From assembly GCF_018350175.1 (NCBI RefSeq), contig NC_058368.1:53632001-53696000 (forward strand): a stretch of 64,000 nt of DNA, read 5' to 3'. The stretch is from Felis catus. Lineage: Eukaryota. The position numbers and the translations under genes are program-made. The notes under the pieces were generated by a model that was not told where the DNA came from, made no database searches, and saw only the letters and a list, made by a program, of their open reading frames with translations. Shown here piece after piece: positions 11,596 through 25,078 of this stretch (the stretch's first letter is position 1; each line of letters begins with the position of its first letter).

Positions 11596-13785
11596 TAAAA
11601 TGACAAGAGTTTAGAAATGGACAGCAGATTAATGGGTGCTAGGAATTAAGGATGGAGGTGGGAGCAACATGGATGATCTTTGTAGTTTTGGAACTGTTCA
11701 TTATCTGGATTGTAGTGTATATATGAACTGACATGAATGATAAAATTATATAGAACTTAATACACATACACACAAATGAGCACAAAAATGGAAATTTGAA
11801 TAAAATTGGATTATATCAATGTCAATATGCTGGTGGTGAAATTTATACTATAGTTTTGCAGTATGTTTTTAGAGAAAATGGCAAAGTGTACAAAGGACCT
11901 TCTATATTTTAACATTGCTCACAACTGATCTGAATGTATGATTAGCTCAATGAATACCAGAGTCAGAAAAAAATAAAAAAAGAATAGAAAAAGGAATATA
12001 GAAGACACAGGTCAAATAAAAATTCTGTTAAATGTAAATAGATAAAATATGTCAATAAAAAGACAAAGATTGTTATTCTAGATTTTAAAAATCTGGCTAA
12101 ATGGAGACGACTTGAGAATATGGAAAATTGGAAAGTAGAAAAAGAAAATCCTGTATCATTAGAAGACATTTTGAAAAAAACTAGTATACATAAGCCACTA
12201 TAAAATACCGATGTCAGGTGAAAAGCATTCTCAGAGCTAAAGAGGAATTTTGTGAAGGTTACCAGGAAGTTATAAAAATTTTAAATTAGTACTAATTTGT
12301 AGAAATTAACACATTCTTTCAAATTTACTCAAATTTAAAAAGCCAGAAATAATGAAGATTATCTTGAAGAACAAAGTGAGATGATTTACTTTGTCAAGAC
12401 TACAATAATTAAGACAGTGTGTCATCTGTGTGTGTTTAGGCTAATAAGTAGAACAGATAGAGGTGAGAATCAGGCCCAAACATATAGATAGCTTGATTTA
12501 TAAGGATGGCATTCTAGAGAAACCTAGGGAAGGGTGGACTTTGTAATAAATAGTACTGGCTTACTGATGTCCATATGAAGACTTACTTGACACTCACAGC
12601 ATATACAAATATCAGTCCTAAAAGGGTTATAAATCTAAATGTATATAAAGCATATAATTTCTAGGAGCTAGTATAGGAAAATATCTTCAAATCTTTCAAG
12701 TTGTGTTGCTGCAGCTTAACCAATACCTGAACCACAAATAACAGATTTGTCAAGTTTAGTATATGTAAACTCCACATAGAAAAATGAGTTGCACTTCTGT
12801 GCATTTGCAACATATAGAAGAGTGTAACTTAAAATCATCTACACAAATTGATCCGTAGGGTCAAAATTCAATAACCAATAGGATTTTTTTCAAACTAAAA
12901 GAGGAAAAAAAACTAAGAATAGCCAAGACTCAAAAATAATGGGTGATGATTTACTTTAAAGACATTAAAGTTATTATGAAGCTATAGCAATTTATAAATG
13001 TAATAGTACAGATATTAGAAAGTGACCCATTTATATCTGGAAATCTGTTATACAATAAGCAAAACACTAGAGCAGTGGAGAAAGATGAACTTTTCAATAA
13101 ACAGTACTGGGATTATTGGTTACCCATATGGAAAAAAAATGAAATTAAATGGTTATTTCACACTATACCAAAAACTTTATTCCAGACATTTTAAATACGT
13201 TAATGTAAAAAACCTAAAAAATTTTAGAAGGAAATATAGGAGAATAATTTTATGACCTCACGAAAGGGAAATATTTCTTACACAAGACACAGAAAGGAAA
13301 AAGCATAAAGGAAAAGATCCATAATTCACCTCTGCTTAAATTAAAAACATCTGTTCATCAAAGGACATCATTAAAAAAGGACAAGAAATACCACAATCTG
13401 GGGAAAGTATTTGCAAGCATAAAGCCAACAAAGGATTTGGGTCCAGAAAAGATAATCACCTGTAAGTTAATAAGAGAAACAACTCAATAGAAAATGTGGA
13501 CAAGACACAGATAAACTCCTCTTGCAAGAAGAAACGTAAGTGACCAATGTATGAATTCATACCTCATTGGTAATATGAAATACAAAATTTAAGCCACAAT
13601 TAAATAACATTTTCCATCCTCTCTGTAGATTGGCAAACATTAAAATATTGGACGATATCATGCTTATTTCTTATATGCGACTGATGGATGTATAAATTGG
13701 TACAGCCACATTGGAAAACAATTTGGCATTGTCCTGTAAAGTTGCATATGTATTGACTCATGGCCTGGGAATTGAACTTCTTTCT

Positions 13786-14008
13786 TTCTTTCTTTTTTTT
13801 TTTTTTTAAATGTTTATTTATTTTTGAGACAAAGACAGAGCATGAGCAGGGGAGGGGCAGAGAGAGAGGGAGGCACAGAAGCTGAAGCAGGCTCCAGGCT
13901 CTGAGATGTCAGAGCCCGACACAGGGCTCGACACAGGGCTCGAACTCACTAACTGAGATCATGACCTGAGCTGAAGTCGGATGCTTAACTGAGCCACCCA
14001 GGCGCCCC
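13786..14008 (-). mobile_element. Can-SINE with internal 12-bp tandem duplication
   Basis: TSD tgaacttctttct 13773-13785 / 14009-14021; cgacacagggct repeated twice at 13917-13940. Confidence 0.93.
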
Positions 14009-17000
14009 TGAACTTCTTTCTGTAAAACATTCTCAAAACCCTTGCACATTTTCACTGATTATAGCAGCATTAATTGTAGTATTCACAAACTGGAAGCAAC
14101 ACAGGTAATTCCTTTGAGGAGAATGGATAAAATGCAATAGCATAGAGTAACTATGGCAGTAAATATTAATGAGCTATAGCTACCCATGTCAACATGAATT
14201 CAATTCAAGAGCATGATGTTGGATAAAGGACAGCAAATTATAAAAGATGGTATCAATTATACTAAGTGCAGAAACATATATACCAATATATTGCTCAAGA
14301 TGCATGCTGTGTTATAGAACTCTCAGATAAAGGAATGGTATATGCACAATTCAGAATAGTGTTGGCTTTTGAATAAGGGGAATATAATGGGAAGGAGAGC
14401 CCCAGGGCTTCACCAGCAAAGTATTGTTTGATTCCTTAAGCTGAGTAGTAGGTAATGGGTGTTCATTCTTTATTGTTTATAATACATGTATACATTTTAC
14501 ATAGCACGTATTACACATAAAAAGTGAATGAAAGAAGTGATCAGTAGTTTCAAATCTGAGATGTGTAGTCAGGGAAAAGGTTAGGGTCACTTGGCTCCAT
14601 ATCACTTCATCTTTCTTTTGCTCTACAACCTGTCTATTATAATATATTATGAAGAAAACTCCATGCCTCCTATGTTGACCTAATGATATTTATATTGCAA
14701 GAGCATATAAAAGCACCACCTCATATTCTGTAGACCATGAATATGGCATTTGATGATGTAAGAGTTGAAGATGGTGAATGGGCTGGGATCACCATCCATC
14801 ACTCCTTTCTGCTTGCCTGATAATGTTAACTGTTCAAAGCATTTAATTTCAAATACCTCAGAGGGATTGCATACAGCCTCAGGTTCTTTTTCTAGGTAGC
14901 TATTCCAATTGACCCAAGTTAGCTCTCAAGTTGAACCTCACTTAACTTCATGTTATTAAACCATGGAGTCTGGTATAGCACTGTACTGGACCACATTCAT
15001 ATAAAGGCAACAGTAGTTTTGTTTTAGGTATCTAAGTTCAGGACCAGGAAAAATTTGAAAGAAAAAACTTTTTATGTCAAAAAGAAGTGTAAATAATAAA
15101 TTTGCGGTGTAATATATATATTTAATTTGTGTTTTTGACAAATACATAAATGAATGTCACCCATAACACATCAGGTTACAACTTTTCCATCACCTCAGAG
15201 AGCTCCTTCATGTCACTTTGGTCAATTTACCCACTTTCTGATTTTTTTTTCATGGAATAGTTTTATGTGTGGGACAACTTCATGTATATGGAATCATATA
15301 AGACATATTCCTTTGTGACTGGCTTCTTAAGGTATTGGGGATAAGATCCATCCATACTGTTTCTTATCACAAGCTTACTCCTGTTTCTTGCAGAATAATA
15401 TTGGTATAAATATACCACATGTTGTTTATTTGTTCTTTTGTTGATAGACATTTGGGGCAATTCCAGTTTGAGCATTTATAAATCTATTACGTTCACATAC
15501 ACAAAGAAAACTAGTACCAAATGTTCATACGTTTTCACTCTCAGGTAATTGTCTAGAATGGGGATGGCTGAGTCCAAGGTAAATGTATGCTTAACCTTAT
15601 GGGAAACTGACACTTTTCCAAACTGGTTGCATTTTATGCTGTCCCCCAGTATTAAAAGTCTCATGCTTCACATTCTCATTAGCACTTGATACAGTCACTG
15701 TTTCTAAGTTAACCATTTTAGTTGGTGTGTAAGGGTAGCTCCTTGTTCAATTTAATATTTAATTACTCACTTAATATGCCTTTCTCTGATGCTAAATTAT
15801 GTTGAGTGCTTTTTCATGTGCCTGTTGGTCCATTGTATATCTTCCTTAGTGAAGAGTCTGATTGAGTCCTTTGACCATTTTTATTGACAGATCTTGTGTC
15901 CAGATATGTTTTGTGAATATTTTCTCTGTCTTTGGCTATTCTTTTTCTTGATAATGACTTTTGATAAGTAGTTTTTAACTTTGAGGTTTAATGTACTCAT
16001 GTTTTCTTTTATGTTATTATTCTCTTTTATTCTATCTAGGAAAAGAGGGATATGACAGGATCATGAAAAATCAAATATTTTTCTTAGAAGCTTTACAGTT
16101 TTTTGTCTTTATGTCTATTGTCTATGTAAATTAATTTTTGCATTGTGAGATGATGGTCAAGATGTATTCTTCCCCATATGTGTAGTCAATTGAAAAAGTT
16201 ATCCTTCCCCCCACTGAATTACCTTCAACCTCTGTTGAAAATCATTTGACTGTATAATTGAGTCTACTTCTAAATCTTCCATTCTGCTCCAGTGATCTAT
16301 TTATCCTATCCCCAATCCAACATCTTTATTATTGCAGCTGTTCTTGGAGTTAGGTAGTATAAGTCCTTCAGCTTTGTTCTGCTAGTTGAAAATATTTTTG
16401 ATGTTTTAGGATCTTTGCATTCTCATTTAAATTTTGAATTAACTTGTAAATTTCTAGTTAAAAAGGCTGTCAGACTTTTTATTTGAATAGGCATAAGTGT
16501 ACAAGTCAATGTAGGGTAATTGGCACCATGTCAATATTGAGTTTTACAATCCATGAACATGGTTTATCTCATTAATGTATGTCTTCTCTAATTTCTCTTA
16601 GAAACATTTTTTATGTTTTTAGTGTAGAGATCTTGAAGTTTCTAGTAAATTTATTCCTAAGAATTTTGTTTTTAAAATGCACTTATAAACAGAATAGCTT
16701 TTAAAGTTTATATCTTTCAATTATTTTTAGAAAAAAGAAATGCAATTGATTTTTAAAAAAATGTCCTTGTATCCTGTGACTTTGTTAAATTTAATTATGG
16801 GGTATAGTATATACTTTGTAGACTTCTTAGGATATTCTATATATGTAATTGTCAATAAATACAAGGCTTTTGTTCTTGTTTTTGTTTTGCCTTATTACAT
16901 TGAATAGGACATTTAAAGTTGAAAAGAAGTGGTGAGGGCACATATCCTTCCATTCCTTTTTCCAAATCTTAGAAAGCATTTAATATTTCACTGCTAACTG

Positions 17001-17097
17001 TGATGTTAACTGTAGGCTTTCTGTAAAGGTCCTTTATCATATTGAGAAAGTTTCCATCTAAGGTTGCTGAGAGTTTTTATCAAGAATGGACTCTGAA

Positions 17098-17290
17098 GGG
17101 TACCTGGGGTGGCTTATTTGGTTGAACATCCAACTTTGTCTCAGGTCATGTTCTCACGCTTCATGGGGTCCAGCCCCACATTGGGCTCTGCCTGCTTTGG
17201 ATCCTCTGTCTCCCTCTCTCTCTGCCCCTCCCCAACTTGCACTCACTTGCCCTCTCTCAAAAATAAGCATTATACAAGAAAAAGAAAGAA
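17098..17290 (+). mobile_element. Can-SINE (diverged)
   Basis: Degenerate head, ctcaggtcatg, (CT)n, A tail. Confidence 0.85.
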
Positions 17291-17493
17291 GGAATGGATT
17301 TTGAATTCTGTCAAAAGCTTTCTCAGCATATATTTCAGATCATAGGGCTTTTCATGTGTAGTCTGTTGATAAAATAAGTGTGTATTGAATGTTGAACAAA
17401 CCTTACTGAAATGAATCCCACTTGCTCACAATATATTATGCATTTCATATCTACATGGATTTCATTTACTAATATTTTTTGAAGGATATTTGT

Positions 17494-17710
17494 TTTGTTT
17501 TTAATTTTTTTTACATTTATTTATTTTTGAGAGACAGAGACAGAGCACAAGTGGGGGAGGGGCAGAGAGCGACGGAGACAGAATGCAAAGCAGGCTCCAG
17601 GCTCTGAACTGTTGGCACAGAGCTGGATGATGGGCTTGAACTCACAAACTGTGAGATCATGACCTGAGCTGAAGTCAGATGCTTAATCGAGTGAGCCACC
17701 CAGGTGCCCC
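17494..17710 (-). mobile_element. Can-SINE
   Basis: TSD tgaaggatatttgt 17480-17493 / 17713-17726. Confidence 0.92.
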
Positions 17711-18679
17711 TGTGAAGGATATTTGTATCTATATATCAAATATGATGGATATTGGTTTACAGCTTTCTTGTTAACGTCTTGGAGTTTTCAAATAAATTTT
17801 GAGGCCGGAATAAGCAAGTTGTGAAGGGTTTTCTTCTTTTCTGAAGGAGTTTGTATAAGATTATTATTATTGTGTCCCTAGATGTTTGATAGAATTCACC
17901 AGTAAATCCATGAAGATCTTTCTATTGCTCGACTGTTTCGGAGATTTTCTCCCTTTCTTTCCATCCTCTCTGATAACCACAGGCTTTGAGCTTCTCAAGC
18001 TCATAAGATTATGTCTTCTTGAGTTCTAGCCTCTCTATGCCAAATGCACAGGAGATGACTTAAGTGAAAAGCCATATAAAGGTAAATTTTACCTTGTGCA
18101 TTTCTCTGTTTTGAGTTTCCAATCCTCTCCCATCACTTTTGTCTGCTTTTGGTCACTCTCTAGTGCCTCCAAATAGTGTTTTTTATATTTATATATTTTT
18201 GAGAATTTACAATTATCTAGAGAAAGTTTAGTCTATTATAAACTACTCCCCTTTTGAAAGTCCAATCAATTTGTATCATAAAAATATTTCTAGCTCCTAA
18301 AGCTAACCTATAATTAGGAGTAGCTTATTTCATGAAGTAGTGAGCTAAATTAACCTGGAATAGTCAAACCTATCATATCGTTATTTAGCACATAGAGTAT
18401 ACAGCACATACTGCTAATAGAAATGAGTTTTGTATTAGATGAAAACTGGATGGGGTGTATTATGTATTCATCACTTCAAATTGTGTATGAAGGTCTGGAT
18501 ATTTTAGTCTTACAGTCAGCAAAATATTTTAAGTACTTGTTAGAGAATTAAACCTTGGCCTCAATGCCACTAAAAGGTATTAAAAATTTTGCCAAAAGAG
18601 GTTGTATTTGTGTATTTTTAAAAAATGGTATGCTGTCCACACATACCTTCGTGGGTCACCTGAAAGTAAACCAGGGACA

Positions 18680-19170
18680 GCATAGTGTTTGCGTACAGAT
18701 TATGGGATTACATTACCCAGGTTTGAATATGAACTCCGCTGCTTTCTGCCTAGGTGATCTGAGGCAAAATACTTAAACTTTCTGTATTCAGTTCCCTAAT
18801 TTATAAAATAAGGATGAGAATAATAATCCTCAGAGTTGTTGTATTCAATGTGTAATGCATGATAAGTGCTGGGGAAGTTTTTGGCATCTAGAAATTATTT
18901 AAAATGTTACCTATTACAACCAGCGATCTCAATGCCTGAACCCAATTATGTTCTTGTTTCATAGACCTCCTTTCCATTATACTATCACTTTGCAGTAAGG
19001 CTCACTAAACAAAGTCTTATAAACTTCTTATGAGCAGGTAGTGACATTATCTTCATTTTATAGATGAAGAAACAGATGCTTAGAGAGGTTTGTAGTTTGT
19101 CCAGGGCTGTTTTATCAGTAATAATCCCTCATACCCAGACCTGCATACCCAGACCTGTTAACCACTTGGC
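18680..19170. mobile_element. Two MIR fragments in opposite orientations
   Basis: MIR core motifs cagttccctaatttataaaataaggatgagaataataat and cattttatagatgaagaaacagatgcttagagagg. Confidence 0.65.
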
Positions 19171-19582
19171 CATGTTTTATTTGGCCTGATCAACCTCAAG
19201 CATGAGCGAGCATAGACTGGCTTGTTATGCAACTACAAGTAATCGTTAGACTCCATTTTTGTGGTTCACATTTATGTTCTTATGACTTTGTGGGATGTGC
19301 TTAACTCTTCTGCTCAGGGTTAAAACACATTTAATGGGGTTTCAGTGAGCTAATGTTAGCACAAACTCACTTTGACAGGTAGAAAATAAAATCATTACTA
19401 TTTTTATCACTATTATTATTTCCCCTGATAATGAATAACTGTAGTGGTTGTGACACTGGTAGAATGATATGACTGGAAAGCCCCATGAGAGGACACTTAA
19501 TTTTCCTCTTCCACTCAGGTGGGATTCATCTAACTTTTCCCAGTCAGATAAGAATGTCTTCTGTCTCAAGCATCCAAAATGT

Positions 19583-19693
19583 CAGATGACCCACTGTCCT
19601 AGTTTGCCCAGGAGTCAGGAGTTTTTCCAGATGGGATTTTCATTGCTAAAACTGGGAAAGCCCTGGGCAGTTTGGAACAAGATGGTAACCCTA
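19583..19693. mobile_element. MER81-like hAT-Blackjack MITE
   Basis: agatgacccactgtcctagtttgcccagg...gctaaaactgggaaagccctgggca...ggtaacccta with imperfect terminal inverted repeats. Confidence 0.7.
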
Positions 19694-19996
19694 CATATGA
19701 ACCCTAACCTATCCAGACTAGTTTTTGCCTTCTACCTTTGCTCTATCAACTGGGTGGAAGCAGAAACAGCTGGTTAGCATTTTTAAAAGTAACAACCCTT
19801 CACTTACCTGAAGACTGTTACCATATCGTTTTTTTCACTCTTTGCCCCTTTGACCAACCAACAGGCTTTTGCCCAGGGACTCATTTCACCTGGTGTATCA
19901 TATGTACTTCTCTGAGTGATGTAAATCAGAGTGCAAAATCTCTGTCTTGTGGGAACTAAATAAGGAGGTCCCAGTTCCTTTTACCTTTGCCCATAG

Positions 19997-20031
19997 GCCT
20001 TGTTTACCACCTCTTGAAATATCTGTATTGA
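19997..20031 (+). CDS. Candidate terminal coding exon segment: (G)LVYHLLKYLY-stop (TGA 20029-20031)
   Basis: Acceptor ttccttttacctttgcccatag| with branch-point-like actaaat ~40 nt upstream; phase matches the 4147-4200 exon; joined peptide forms a coherent hydrophobic C-terminal segment. Confidence 0.6.
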
Positions 20032-21375
20032 TTTGCTTTGAACATTGTGCAAATTCACCATGCCTCTTGTAATTGGTGGAGACCACAAATGTGAACAATA
20101 CTCAACTTTAGGTGACTGTTCCGTGTTGCATAGAATAAGACCCCACAGGAGCTGTGAGGACTCTACTTCTTTCATATTCATGTGTTGTGTCTGCTTTAAA
20201 TCCATTTTAAATCGTTGCCACACTGTAGCAGATCCTGGCTTGTCTGGAAGCTCTTTACGTCACTGCCGGTGGAGCTCCCCAGGACCTAAGGTGGAGTTTC
20301 TCATCACAAGGAGCAGGATTGCCCATCAGCGACTTTGCTTCGCATTAATCTCTGTGGTTTGAAATACAAAAATTACACTTGACTGGTGTTTACAAATAGT
20401 TTTCACAACAAAAACGAACTGCGTATCTTCCATAATTCTAACCATCAACTAACTCTCTCCAATATGCCATCTGCCTTTTATTAAATTGCATTTGGACTAC
20501 TTTCTCTAGAGGAAAAATAATTCACCCCTTGCCAATTACCCTTCTCCACATTAGTGGAGGAATTCAAGCCCATGTCATAGTGACCTTATTTCTTGATTTG
20601 AATCCTTTCACTATTTAAACAGAGAAAATATTTTCTTAAAACAGGTGTTTAGAAATATCTGGGGAACTCTAATAGCTTACAAAGAAATGAGTTTCTTTGT
20701 ACTTGTATCCTAGGCCCTGGAAATACTTAACCGTGTAGCATTTTGTTTTTGAAATACAGTATCATTTATGGTCTAGACACCACAGACAGCTGTTCAAATT
20801 CAATTCAAATGGGCCCTGTTTCTGTCATATTTTTTTAGCACGTCTAGCTAAATCTCTGAGTAATCTTGGCCTGAGTGCTTAAGCAGGGATTAGAAACTGC
20901 CAATTGTTGATTTTCTTTTCTTTAAAGGTACATATCAGTGAGAAATTTTCTACAAAAGTTTGGCTATTAGCTTTAAGTAAATAATTTTCAATAATTGTTT
21001 ATTTGTTCTTTATCATGGCAGCTAGTCAGCATGCCAGTATTTAGGGGAAATTCATAATAAATGAGTTAAATGGAAATTGACCTTGAAACATAATCTCTTT
21101 TAAAAATAAAGGTTTGGATTTCTCTTCTCCCTGTTGACCACATTGTATATTGCCACGTTGGAAATGATAGTTGCTTTCATGTTTGAGGATACTGGGTCAT
21201 TTGAACCATAAACATTACATAAATGTTTTTTTTTTCTGTTTCTATGTAAAAATTGATACATATTTGTGTAAATTTCATTAGGCTTGGCAATATTATTAGA
21301 GTCTAGAAGTTTTTCGTAACTGGGTTACTAGTTAATTCATCAAAAGAATAATAAAAATTTGGATATGTTGCTTTA
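20032..21375 (+). other. Putative 3'UTR of the candidate gene
   Basis: ~1.3 kb with no recognisable interspersed repeat after the stop; AATAAA at 21056, 21105 and 21350, ATTAAA at 20480; U-rich tracts; miR-30-type 8mer TGTTTACA at 20387-20394. Confidence 0.5.
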
Positions 21376-22039
21376 GCGTATAACCATGAAAGTTTGAGTG
21401 ATCATATATTTGAGAACTATTTTTCGATTAATTTACATTTGTTTCTAAAGCATTGGGAAATGTAAGATTATACATGTGTTTTATATATTTGGATCAAGGC
21501 TTAGAAACGCTACCTTTCCCTTAGTATAAGAGACAAGAGAGTCCATGCATTGCTTTGCAATGCTAGCACAGGTTTTGATTTGAAAAAGCAAATGAGGCAA
21601 GCATAGACATTTTGCATCTCCTATTCATCGAGGGGGAAATTAATTACCTACCTCTGATATCAATAGATCTCCCCTCATGGTTTTTGCTATTCATCGTGGG
21701 GAGGCAAGTAATTAATTCTATTATGGTTAATTTCATACATTTGCAGTAATACTCCCATTTTTATTTTGAAATGTCATAACTTACATCCAGTGAAATCACA
21801 CTTTTCATTGTATAGTTCTGAGTTTTGACAAATACGTACAGTAATGTAACCACCACAACAATAAAAATAGAGCATGATTCTATTACTCTACTGTTTATTT
21901 TAACAGTGTAAATTGAAAGAAGATTAGTGCCTCATACATTCAGTTGAGATATATTTGGGCTGACTAAGCCAGGTACATAAGCAAGGACAAAGAATCCCAA
22001 AGGATCAATCTCTGCATTTTGTTACCATACTAATCAAGA

Positions 22040-23060
22040 GGTTATAATGATGATAATGATTACAAATCACTGCACCATGCGTTATGTTAAACACTTTATA
22101 TGCATACTACGTTCAACCCTACAGATAATCCAAGAGCTATCATCTGTATTTTTCTATATGTGATACAGAGTACAGGGAGATTAAGTAACATTCCCTCCAT
22201 AATCTGGCCAGAAGGTGGTGGAGGTGGTGTTACCATCCGTCTGGTTGCTGAGTATATGTTTTCAAACCAGGATGTTAACTGACTTTCAATAGTGCCAGTG
22301 ATAGTAAAAGGACTTGATATTTTTTTGGTATTACTGATCTGTTCCTCATGAACAACGGAAAAAATACTGAATTACACTGAAATTAATACTCACCAATTAA
22401 TACATTGATTCAACCTATATTTATTGGATGCTTATACTAGAGTAAGCATTGAGTATATATAGCAGTGAATGAAAGACCAAAAATCTCTGCCCACTTGGAA
22501 CTTTATTCTAGACAATAAACAAAACTGAGTGCAGTATGTGGTATGTATGTAGAATATAGAGTGCTGTGGAGAAGGGGGAGAAGGAATATGGAGCGGATAT
22601 GTCCATTTTTATCATGGTGGTCACTGAAAAGCCAACATCTGAATAAGTACTGGGAGGAAGAGAGGGTAGTAAACCCTTTGGACATCTGGGGTAAAAAAGT
22701 TTCAGATACTGGGATTGGCAGGTATAAAGGCCCTGAGTCATGTTTGTGCCTGACTTGCCTAAAAAACAGACTGCGGGATAGTTAGGGGGAAAGTGGGGGT
22801 TTTATCACAATCGCTCTAGCTATTCTTCTGAAAATTGATTAAAAAAGGGGCAATATGAGAGCAAGCCAACCAGTTAGAAGGCTTTTGCGACTGGTAAGAG
22901 GTGATGGTGGCTCAGATAACGTGTTGGCAGGGGAGGTGGTGAGCAGTGTCAGGATTTGGGATGTATTTTGAAAGTGGAGCCCTCATCTTTTGCTGACGGA
23001 TGTGCAATAAATTGAGATACGTATGATGAATCCAGGGATTTTGGTCTAAATCAAAAATTC
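22040..23060. mobile_element. MIR (~22040-22280) and L2 (~22400-23060) fragments
   Basis: MIR core plus L2 3'-end motifs tttattggatgcttatact, ttggggatgtattttgaaagtggagc. Confidence 0.6.
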
Positions 23061-23162
23061 AGTAGATTGTGTGGATTTGAATTCTAGGAAAAATGTGTGC
23101 AATTCATGTTTTAGAAGCACCAAATGGAATGAAAAATTTGAAATTCTATTTTATTGGCGTGG

Positions 23163-23365
23163 TTTTATTTTTTTTAAATTTATTTAATTATTTTGAGAGA
23201 GAGCGAGTGAGCAGGGGAGGGGGCAGAGAGACCGTGAGTCCCAAGTAGACTCTGTGCTGTCCAAGCAGAGCCCAGCGCAGGCTCGAACCCATGAACCATG
23301 GGATCATGACCAGAGCTGAAATCAAGAGTTGGACATTTAACTGACTGAGCCACCCAGGCGCTCCT
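23163..23365 (-). mobile_element. Can-SINE
   Basis: Head and tail; TSD tattgg(c/t)gtgg. Confidence 0.9.
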
Positions 23366-24191
23366 ATTGGTGTGGCTTCAAAATATTTAAAATTTGAAAC
23401 AATCCTCCTATCACTAATCTATAATAGACACATCATTTGACATTACTTTTCCAGGTGTTATAGACAGACATATATAAAAAAACCCTTCTTTCCATTTAGG
23501 TAGTCTAGATTGCAAGCTGAACAAACAAATGCGTAAACAAACCTTTGGGTCCTTGACAAATTTGACATCTAGATTCTCTAACATGATACGTGTTTTTCTT
23601 GGGCGAGCCTGACTACTTATTCAGTGGTTTGATCTCTTCAATATATGCAGTTTTTTGTGTCTGAAACCATGAAAAGTTTATATACTTTTGACCATAACCA
23701 GAGGAATAGGCAAACAATGTAGAGAGCTTCATTGTGCTAACAGATCAGGGCATATCTGATTCAATTTATGAGCACTGGGAAATGATAATACATATGAATG
23801 ACACTGGTTTGTAAGTAAAACGATGGAAATTGAGTAATCATTTAACATTTGAAGTAATGAAGACCTTTATGTCTGGACTCCATCTCAACATGTCAGTGTC
23901 CTTATCGTGCTTTAGAATTATTTCAACAGCATGTTTACTTCCTGTGACTCCTTTACCAAGTTGCCATATGGGTTGCTAAAATCTTCCTAGAACATGACTC
24001 TCATTGTTCCATCCTCTTCCTTTAAGAACCAAGATTCAAGTCCAGGCTCATTTGTTCAGTATTCATGATCAGACACCTATTTTTTTCTATCCCACTTGTT
24101 TTCTTTACTTTCCAACACTTCCCATCCATTGAGTGAAGACCAGCTGTCTATAGTCTGTGTCATGCATACACATCATGGCTCTTTCCTTTCT

Positions 24192-24257
24192 CGATGTTCT
24201 TTCTCATGTGCCCTCTAAGCTCTTCCGATGTTCTTAGATGTGCCCTCTAAGCTCTTC
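24192..24257. repeat. Tandem duplication of a ~33-bp unit
   Basis: cgatgttctt(tctc/ag)atgtgccctctaagctcttc twice. Confidence 0.9.
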
Positions 24258-24879
24258 CACTAATGGTGTGCTTGTTGATTCAGTCAATAGATACTTACTA
24301 AACACTTGCCAGGTGCAAGGAACAATATGAGTTTCTGTATTAATTGTGTCTCTTTGCAGGTTTTGTTGCGGGACCGATTCTCATCATGTCCTCTGCCCTT
24401 GTAGGAATTCCCTCAATAATTCCACCTCCCCTTTAGGCTGAATGATCCTGTGGTCAGGGAACTGAATCTGTGATATCTATGAAATTCATCATGACCTTTT
24501 ACAGCCACCTCCATTTGTGAATATAAAGCCAGGTCTTTGTTAGCTAGGTGTAATAACAGTAAAAATTTAGTAGGTAGTATTTATTGAACACTGACTATGT
24601 GCCAAACTCTGTTCTAAGCACTTTACATATATTAACCTGGTGAATGCTTATGGCATAATAAATATATTAGCCCAAATACAGTGATGAAGCATTGAAAAAG
24701 CTGTCCTAAAATTATAACCTCTGAATGTGGTTAGTGTAGCCCACAGGAGTAATCTACTTACCCCAGTGTGTAGCTGGATGCTGTGGGGACTGAATGGTTT
24801 ATAAGCAACATTGCTATAGTGAGCTTAGCTCTCCAGAAATTTCATCAGCAGGCCTTCGCTATCTCACATCAGATAAAAC

Positions 24880-25078
24880 TTTTTTTATTATTTATTTATT
24901 TTTGAGAGAGAGCGAAAGCAGGGGAGGGGCAGAGAGAGAGAGGGAGGCACAGTATCCGAAGCAGGTCCTGCACTGACAGCAGCGAGCTGCTCAGATATGA
25001 GGTTCGAACTCAGAAACCACGAGATCATGACTTGAGCTGAAGTCATTCGCTCAACTGACTGAGCCACCCAGATGCCTC
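24880..25078 (-). mobile_element. Can-SINE
   Basis: Head and tail; TSD tcagataaa. Confidence 0.9.

Larger units (their letters stand above)
9600..14520 (+). mobile_element. Mosaic of degraded L1M ORF2 and 3' fragments
   Basis: ORF2-like translations (LLEELKDLNKWG...; YPYGKKMKL...YQK) and motifs gatgcagaaaaggaatttgacaaaat, aattggtacagccacattggaaaac. Confidence 0.75.
15100..18250 (-). mobile_element. Degraded L1M ORF2/3' end, antisense
   Basis: Minus-strand translations such as MLKLELPQMSINKRTNKQHVVY; motifs ttgatagacatttgggg, caatccatgaacatgg, tttgatagaattcaccagt. Confidence 0.75.

Noticed and set aside
14735..14774. Possible small exon ag|ACCATGAATATGG...GAAGATG|gtgaat between the two candidate exons
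   Set aside because: Weak polypyrimidine tract and donor; in the phase set by the upstream exon it contains a stop codon
19130..19157. 14-bp tandem duplication catacccagacctg
   Set aside because: Ordinary slippage duplication in a MIR remnant
20384..20409. Short resemblance to Y3 RNA (tggtgtttacaa...tcacaac)
   Set aside because: Only ~25 nt with mismatches and no flanking homology; better explained as chance or a TGTTTACA site
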